Source of the DNA: Candidatus Fervidifonticultor quintus
GTDB taxonomy: Bacteria; Sysuimicrobiota; Sysuimicrobiia; Sysuimicrobiales; Humicultoraceae
DNA length: 53,188 nucleotides
Assembly: GCA_031459535.1 (NCBI GenBank)
Contig: JAVKIJ010000010.1
Location: 1 to 53,188 of the forward strand
Reading direction: 5' to 3'
Shown: piece after piece, positions 48,317 to 53,188 of the stretch
Numbering within the stretch: position 1 is the stretch's first letter
How the letters are laid out: the number at the start of each line of letters is the position of its first letter
Position numbers and translations under genes: made by a program
Notes under the pieces: model-generated
The model's input: the letters and a program-made list of their open reading frames with translations, nothing else
The model's database searches: none
Told to the model about the DNA's origin: nothing

Positions 48317-48676
48317 CTACGAACCCAACCGCTCCTTGGCGCGCGCCACCAGCGCATCGAACGCGGCCCGATCGCGGACCGCCAGATCGGCCAGCACCTT
48401 CCTGTTGATGGTGACCCCGGCCTTGCGGAGCCCGTGAATCAGCCGGCTGTACGTGACGCCGCTGCCGCGGGCCGCAGCGTTGATTCTCGCCACCCACAGG
48501 CTGCGAAACTGCCGCTTGCGCAGCCTCCGATCGGCGAACGCCTGCGCCAGCGCCCTCGTCACATACTGATTGGCCAGCTTGTACCAGCGGCTCTTGGCGC
48601 CGCGGTATCCGCGGGCCAGCCGCAACACCTTCTTGTGCCGGCGGCGGACACTCACGCCGCGCTTCACCCGTGCCAT
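48317..48676 (-). CDS. rplT: 50S ribosomal protein L20
   Basis: MARVKRG...[26 protein letters not shown]. Confidence 0.97.
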   Translation of the reverse strand: MARVKRGVSVRRRHKKVLRLARGYRGAKSRWYKLANQYVTRALAQAFADRRLRKRQFRSLWVARINAAARGSGVTYSRLIHGLRKAGVTINRKVLADLAVRDRAAFDALVARAKERLGS

Positions 48677-48718
48677 AGGAGACCTCCACTCGCGCCCGCC
48701 ACAGCCCGCGCCCTCCTC

Positions 48719-48916
48719 TTAGATGCCAGGGAGCAGCCGCCGCGTGCGCGCCTCGTCCGACCCGTGCACCCGGACCTCGGCCCGCAGCGAACGCCGGCGC
48801 TTGGGGCGCTTCTTGACCTTCAAGTGTCCGCCGTGCTGCCGGCCGCGCACCAGCTTGCCGGATCCGGTGACGCCGATGCGCTTGACCGTGCCCTGATGCC
48901 GCTTTGCCTTTCCCAC
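48719..48916 (-). CDS. rpmI: 50S ribosomal protein L35
   Basis: GAGGAG RBS, GTG start; KRHQGTVKRIGVTGSGK; between infC and rplT. Confidence 0.92.
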   Translation of the reverse strand: MGKAKRHQGTVKRIGVTGSGKLVRGRQHGGHLKVKKRPKRRRSLRAEVRVHGSDEARTRRLLPGI

Positions 48917-48933
48917 TGGTCCGGCTCCTCGCC

Positions 48934-49446
48934 TCACCCCTTCTTCGGGGCAAGGATCATGATCATGTTGCGGCCTTCCAGCTTGGGCACGCCCTCCACC
49001 GTGCCGACGTCGGCCACGAACTGCGCCAGCCGCTGGAGGAACGCCTCTCCCACCTTCGGGTGGGCCATCTCCCGTCCACGGAACCACATGGCCACGCGCA
49101 CCTTGTTGCCCTCCCGCAGGAACTCCTTCACCTGCCGGGCCTTGACCTGGAAGTCATGCTCACCGATCTTGGGGCTCAGCCGCATGCCTTTGAGGTCCTG
49201 GCCCCGGGACTTGCGGTGGGCATCACGGTCCCGCTTGCTCTGCTCGTACTTGTAGCGCCCATAGTCCATGATCTTGCACACGGGCGGGGTCGCGGTGGGC
49301 GCCACCTCGACCAGATCGAGGCCCTGCTCCTGCGCGCGGCTGAGCGCATCGCGGATGGGCACAATCCCGAACTGCTCTCCGTTCGGCCCGATCAGCCGAA
49401 CCTCACGCGCGCGGATCCGATCGTTGACCCTCGCCTCACGCTCGAT
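48934..49446 (-). CDS. infC: Translation initiation factor IF-3 (ATC start)
   Basis: RVNDRIRAREVRLI, LDLVEVAP, CKIMDYG, FRGRE; AGGAGG 9 nt before ATC. Confidence 0.94.
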   Translation of the reverse strand: MEREARVNDRIRAREVRLIGPNGEQFGIVPIRDALSRAQEQGLDLVEVAPTATPPVCKIMDYGRYKYEQSKRDRDAHRKSRGQDLKGMRLSPKIGEHDFQVKARQVKEFLREGNKVRVAMWFRGREMAHPKVGEAFLQRLAQFVADVGTVEGVPKLEGRNMIMILAPKKG

Positions 49447-49500
49447 ACCCGGTCCCCTCCTGTCAGCCGGCGTACCCGGCACGCGCGACCAGCCCGCCCA

Positions 49501-49614
49501 ACACAAAAGGGGGACGGCGCAAGCCATCCCCCAATGCGTCGGCACCCCGTGACCCGAGACGCACATTCGCACCGGCAAAACAGCGCTCGGGTGAGAAGCG
49601 GATGGCTTCTACTT
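49501..49614 (-). ncRNA. L20 leader (autogenous attenuator) with terminator
   Basis: AAGTAGAAGCCATCCGCTTCTCACC motif, then hairpin GGGGGATGGC/GCCGTCCCCC followed by TTTTGTGTT, upstream of infC-rpmI-rplT. Confidence 0.82.
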
Positions 49615-49634
49615 CCGGCCGCTCAACGCTGGGG

Positions 49635-49663
49635 AGTATAGCACGGCCCCAGGGGGGCGTCAA
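49635..49663 (-). promoter_or_regulatory. sigma70 promoter (extended -10) of the infC operon
   Basis: TTGACG-17 bp-TATACT with TG extension. Confidence 0.85.
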
Positions 49664-49685
49664 CCGAGCGGCGAAGGTACTGAAC

Positions 49686-50480
49686 ATGCGCGGGACGGGC
49701 ATGAGCGGGTGGGCGTTCTCGCCGCTGGCACTGTTGGGCCGGGCCCTCTTGCACGGGCTCACCCAGCTTGGCCGCGCGGCCCTCATGCTGGCCGCCGCGC
49801 TGCGATGGCTGGCCCGGGGCCGCTGGGAGCTCCGGGAAACGCTGGTGCAGTTCAACCGCATCGGGGTGGAGTCCATCCCCATCGTCCTGGTCACGGGGTT
49901 ATTCTCCGGCATGGTGCTGGCCTACCAGACCACGCGGCAGTTGATCGGCTACGGCTTCGCGGACCTGGCGGGGGGACTGGTGGGTCTCTCCATGGCCCGG
50001 GAGGCGGCGCCTGTGTTCACGGCGATTGCGGCCGCGGGCCGGGTCAGCGCCGGGATCGGCGCGGAAATCGGTACCATGGCGGTCACGGAGCAGATCGACG
50101 CGTTGCGGGTGCTGGCCACCGATCCGGTGCGCTACCTGGTCGTGCCGCGGATCTTGGCGGCCTGCGTGGCCCTGCCGGGTCTCACCATGTTCGCCAATGT
50201 CATCGGCAGCCTGGGCGGCTATGTGGTGGCCACCGGGCTCGGGATCAGCGGGACCACCTACATCACCTCGCTACAGCGCAACGTCTGGGTCTACGATGTC
50301 GTCGCGGGGCTGGTCAAGGCCGTCATCTTCGGCATGATCGTCGCCAGCGTCGGCTGCTTCCGCGGGCTCCATGCCACCGGAGGAGCAGACGGGGTCGGAC
50401 GTGCCACTACCGGTGCCGTGGTGACCGCCATCGTACTGATCCTGGTCTTCAACTACTTCGTGAACCTGGTCTTCTTCTAG
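49686..50480 (+). CDS. mlaE: MlaE family ABC permease
   Basis: REAAPV, GAEIGTMAVTEQIDAL, YLVVPR, GGADGVGRATT; start uncertain. Confidence 0.9.
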   Translation: MRGTGMSGWAFSPLALLGRALLHGLTQLGRAALMLAAALRWLARGRWELRETLVQFNRIGVESIPIVLVTGLFSGMVLAYQTTRQLIGYGFADLAGGLVGLSMAREAAPVFTAIAAAGRVSAGIGAEIGTMAVTEQIDALRVLATDPVRYLVVPRILAACVALPGLTMFANVIGSLGGYVVATGLGISGTTYITSLQRNVWVYDVVAGLVKAVIFGMIVASVGCFRGLHATGGADGVGRATTGAVVTAIVLILVFNYFVNLVFF

Positions 50481-50490
50481 GCCCGCTGCG

Positions 50491-51294
50491 ATGGCCGACG
50501 ATCTCGCCCCTCCTGCCCCGCCTCCCGGCGCTGGGGACCCGCAGGTTCCGGTGGTGCGGGTCCGCGACCTGTGGCACCAGTTCGACCGGACGCCGGTCCT
50601 GGCCGGCATCTCCCTCGACGTGTACCCCGGTCAGATTCAGGTCATCATGGGACCGAGCGGGTGCGGGAAAAGCGTCTTCCTCAAACAACTGGTGGGCCTG
50701 CTTCGGCCCACGCGCGGTGAGGTGTTCGTCTTCGGACGCCCCGTGCACGCGCTCCCCCCCGACGAGCTCGACGAGCTCAGGATGCGGATCGGGGTGGTGT
50801 TCCAATCGGCCGCGCTCTTCGACTCGCTGACGGTTGCCGAGAACGTGGCGTTTCCCCTGCGTCGCCACCGCCGCCTCGCGGACGCGGAAATCGCCCGACG
50901 CGTCAGCAGGCTGCTCGAGATGGTCGAGATGGAAGGCACCGAGCACCTGATGCCCTCGGCTCTCTCGGGAGGCATGCGCAAGCGGGTGGGCATCGCCAGG
51001 ACCCTGGCGCTGGAGCCGCCCCTCATCCTCTATGATGAACCTACCAGCGGGCTGGACCCCCTCACGGCCAGGACGGTGGATGATCTGATCTTGAGGCTGC
51101 GCGACACGCTGGCGGTGACCGCCGTGGTCGTCACCCACAGCGTGGACAGTGCCTTCCGGCTGGCCGATCGGCTCGCGGTGATGGATGCGGGTCGGTTCGC
51201 GGCCGCGGGAACGCCACAGGAGATCCTGGCGTCTCGGGACGCGCTTGTGCGGGCGTTCCTGGAAACCCATACGGTCGGGGTGAGTCAGCCATGA
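50491..51294 (+). CDS. mlaF: MlaF family ABC ATPase
   Basis: GPSGCGKS, FQSAALFDSLTV.ENV, LSGGMRKRVGIAR, YDEPTSGLDP. Confidence 0.92.
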   Translation: MADDLAPPAPPPGAGDPQVPVVRVRDLWHQFDRTPVLAGISLDVYPGQIQVIMGPSGCGKSVFLKQLVGLLRPTRGEVFVFGRPVHALPPDELDELRMRIGVVFQSAALFDSLTVAENVAFPLRRHRRLADAEIARRVSRLLEMVEMEGTEHLMPSALSGGMRKRVGIARTLALEPPLILYDEPTSGLDPLTARTVDDLILRLRDTLAVTAVVVTHSVDSAFRLADRLAVMDAGRFAAAGTPQEILASRDALVRAFLETHTVGVSQP

Positions 51295-52646
51295 GCCAGG
51301 AGACCCGGGCAGGCATTGTCGCCGTGCTCTTCATGGCGGCCCTGGTGGGGTTCATACTCTTCCTGCGCGGCGGGGTGGGCTTCCGCGACACGCGGTACGA
51401 GATCCACATCATCGCCCCCAACGCCGGGGGGATCACGCCGGGGGCCTCGGTGCAGTTGGCCGGGGTCGAGATCGGCCAGGTCGACCGGGTGGAGCTCACC
51501 CCGGACCGGCAGGCGCAGATCACGGCCCGCATCAAGCGCCAGTACAGCATACCCATCGGATCGCGCTTCGCCATCGGGTCCTCGGGCCTGCTCGGGAATC
51601 GCTTCATCGCCATCTCGCCGGAGCCGGGCGACGTGCCGGCGCTGGAGCCCGGAGCCGTCGTCAACGCCGCGCCGCCCCTCTCGCTGGACGAGATCGTCGA
51701 ACGGGTGGTGGCCGTGGCGCGGCGGGCCGAGGAGGCGTTGGTCAACATCAACCGGCTGGTCGGCGACCCGGCGCTGGGGACCGCGCTGGCCGAGACCGTG
51801 CGCAACGCCCGCGACGCCACCGCCGTGGTGCGCCGCGCCGCCGGCCACGTGGAGCGCACGACCCGCGTCCTCGACCGCACCCTCAGCAGTGAGGTGCCGG
51901 CGATCGCCGAGCAGCTGCGGCTGGCGGCTGCGGAACTGGCCGGGGCAGCGGCTGAGGTGCGGACGGTCGTGCGCGACGTCGCCGCAGGCGGTGAGACTGC
52001 CCGGGGCGTCCGACAGGCCGTGGAATCAATCCAGCGGGCCGCCGACGGCATCGAGAAGATGGTGCGCGACCTCCGGGGACTGGTCAACGAGCAGGAAGTC
52101 CAGCGGGCCAGGGCGTCTCTAGATGAGGCCAGGCAAGCGGTCACCGAAGCCCGGACGGCCATCGGAGAGGGACGGGCCCTCATCGGACGGGCGAACCAGA
52201 CCGTCCAGCGCATCCAGCAGGTGATCCCTGAGAGACTGGAACTCCCCACCGTGCGCAACGCAGCCAGGCTGGAGTACGGCCTCTGGTACGATGGTCAGCG
52301 GCTCGGGCACGACGTCCTGCTCACCCTCCAGCCCGATGCGCCGACCCAGTTTCTGATTACCCTGCGGGAGTACGGCGGCAGCACTCGCTTCGGCCTCCAG
52401 GTCAGCAACCCGCTGGCAGACCGGCTGCGCATCCGCTACGGGCTGATCGACGCCAACCTGGGCGTGGGATTGGACTATCGGGCCTCGCCCCAGCTCAGCT
52501 ATGCGCTTGACGTATCCAACATCAACCAGGTAGCGGTCAACCTGTTGCTGCGGTATGCCGTCAATCCCAGCTACGGGTTGACCCTGCGGGGGCAGAACCT
52601 GCTCAATCAGCCGACGGTGGGAGTCGGCGCCTACTACCGCTTCTAG
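51291..52646 (+). CDS. mlaD: MlaD/MCE protein with long helical region and beta-strand-rich C-terminus
   Basis: TM anchor; MCE motif GITPGASVQLAGVEIGQV...GLLGNRFI; heptad-rich helices; alternating beta-strands ending YYRF. Confidence 0.85.
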   Translation: MSQETRAGIVAVLFMAALVGFILFLRGGVGFRDTRYEIHIIAPNAGGITPGASVQLAGVEIGQVDRVELTPDRQAQITARIKRQYSIPIGSRFAIGSSGLLGNRFIAISPEPGDVPALEPGAVVNAAPPLSLDEIVERVVAVARRAEEALVNINRLVGDPALGTALAETVRNARDATAVVRRAAGHVERTTRVLDRTLSSEVPAIAEQLRLAAAELAGAAAEVRTVVRDVAAGGETARGVRQAVESIQRAADGIEKMVRDLRGLVNEQEVQRARASLDEARQAVTEARTAIGEGRALIGRANQTVQRIQQVIPERLELPTVRNAARLEYGLWYDGQRLGHDVLLTLQPDAPTQFLITLREYGGSTRFGLQVSNPLADRLRIRYGLIDANLGVGLDYRASPQLSYALDVSNINQVAVNLLLRYAVNPSYGLTLRGQNLLNQPTVGVGAYYRF

Positions 52647-52651
52647 CTCCG

Positions 52652-52685
52652 AAACAAAGAGAGCACTGCGACTGCAGTGCTCCCC
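52652..52685 (-). terminator. Intrinsic terminator (minus strand)
   Basis: GAGCACTGC-AGTC-GCAGTGCTC hairpin followed by TCTTTGTTT on the minus strand. Confidence 0.75.
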
Positions 52686-52706
52686 GGTCGGAGATGCGGT
52701 CCAAGA

Positions 52707-52748
52707 CTACCTGCCCTTCTTCTTGGCCGCCTTCTTGGCCTTCGCCAC
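52707..52748 (-). CDS. Putative 13-aa Lys-rich microprotein MAKAKKAAKKKGR
   Basis: AAGGGAGG RBS 8 nt before GTG; TAG stop; terminator just downstream. Confidence 0.55.
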   Translation of the reverse strand: MAKAKKAAKKKGR

Positions 52749-52905
52749 AGCTGTCGCCTCCCTTCCGGGGCTGTTATCAACGGAACGACATGTGCGCGTT
52801 CCGGTCTTCGCTCGCGACTATTCGCGAGCGCAGGACGGTTTCCTGCCCCGTGGATGGATCTGCTCGAAAAAAAGTCTGCCCAGGCGCCTCGAGGACGAGA
52901 CCTGC

Positions 52906-53188
52906 CTATCGGGCCAGCGCGTAGCGGAACGCGGCGATCACCGCGGGCACGTCCGAGGCCGCCACGTGGCGGTTGGTCACCAGGCGCATGGCATGGGCTC
53001 CCGTGGCCCAGACCCTTACGCCGCGGCGAGCGAGGCGTTCGGCGACCACCTGGGCATCATGGGCCGGCAGCTCGATCCGCACGATATTGGTCTGCACACG
53101 GGTGAGGTCGATGCGGACCTCTGGCAGGGCGGCGAGGGCCTCGGCCAGCATGCGGGCCACGCGATGGTCATCGGCCAGGCGCTCCACC
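52906..53188 (-). CDS. ltaE: Low-specificity L-threonine aldolase (C-terminal part, truncated by window edge)
   Basis: RLADDH..AR.LA..L, VQTNIV, MRLVT..HV. Confidence 0.8.
   Translation of the reverse strand, partial: VERLADDHRVARMLAEALAALPEVRIDLTRVQTNIVRIELPAHDAQVVAERLARRGVRVWATGAHAMRLVTNRHVAASDVPAVIAAFRYALAR

Overview
High-GC bacterial chromosomal segment. The Firmicutes-like gene order (infC-rpmI-rplT, T-box-pheST, cvpA-polX-mutS2) together with a diderm-type MlaEFD suggests a diderm Terrabacterium such as Armatimonadota/CSP1-3-like; this placement is inference. From left to right the window holds: a 5'-truncated Rhs/YD toxin whose C-terminal tip is broken by an in-frame TAG; a degenerate CTAG-targeting IS5-family element joining it to the middle of a sugar/polyol operon; yebC, PBP1A and proBA; a short array of co-oriented genes with degenerate attC-like hairpins downstream of tRNA-Ala; MFS transporters; an unannotated 44-aa secreted propeptide next to an HTH-TPR regulator and a peptide-type ABC importer (candidate RRNPP-like peptide signalling system, the most interesting signal); tRNA-Ile; a housekeeping block with a Phe T-box, a YqzL-like microprotein, an L20 leader and an ATC-start infC; MlaEFD with a beta-strand C-terminus; and a 13-aa Lys-rich micro-ORF with its own RBS and terminator. 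All calls come from reading motifs by eye; no database searches were run.
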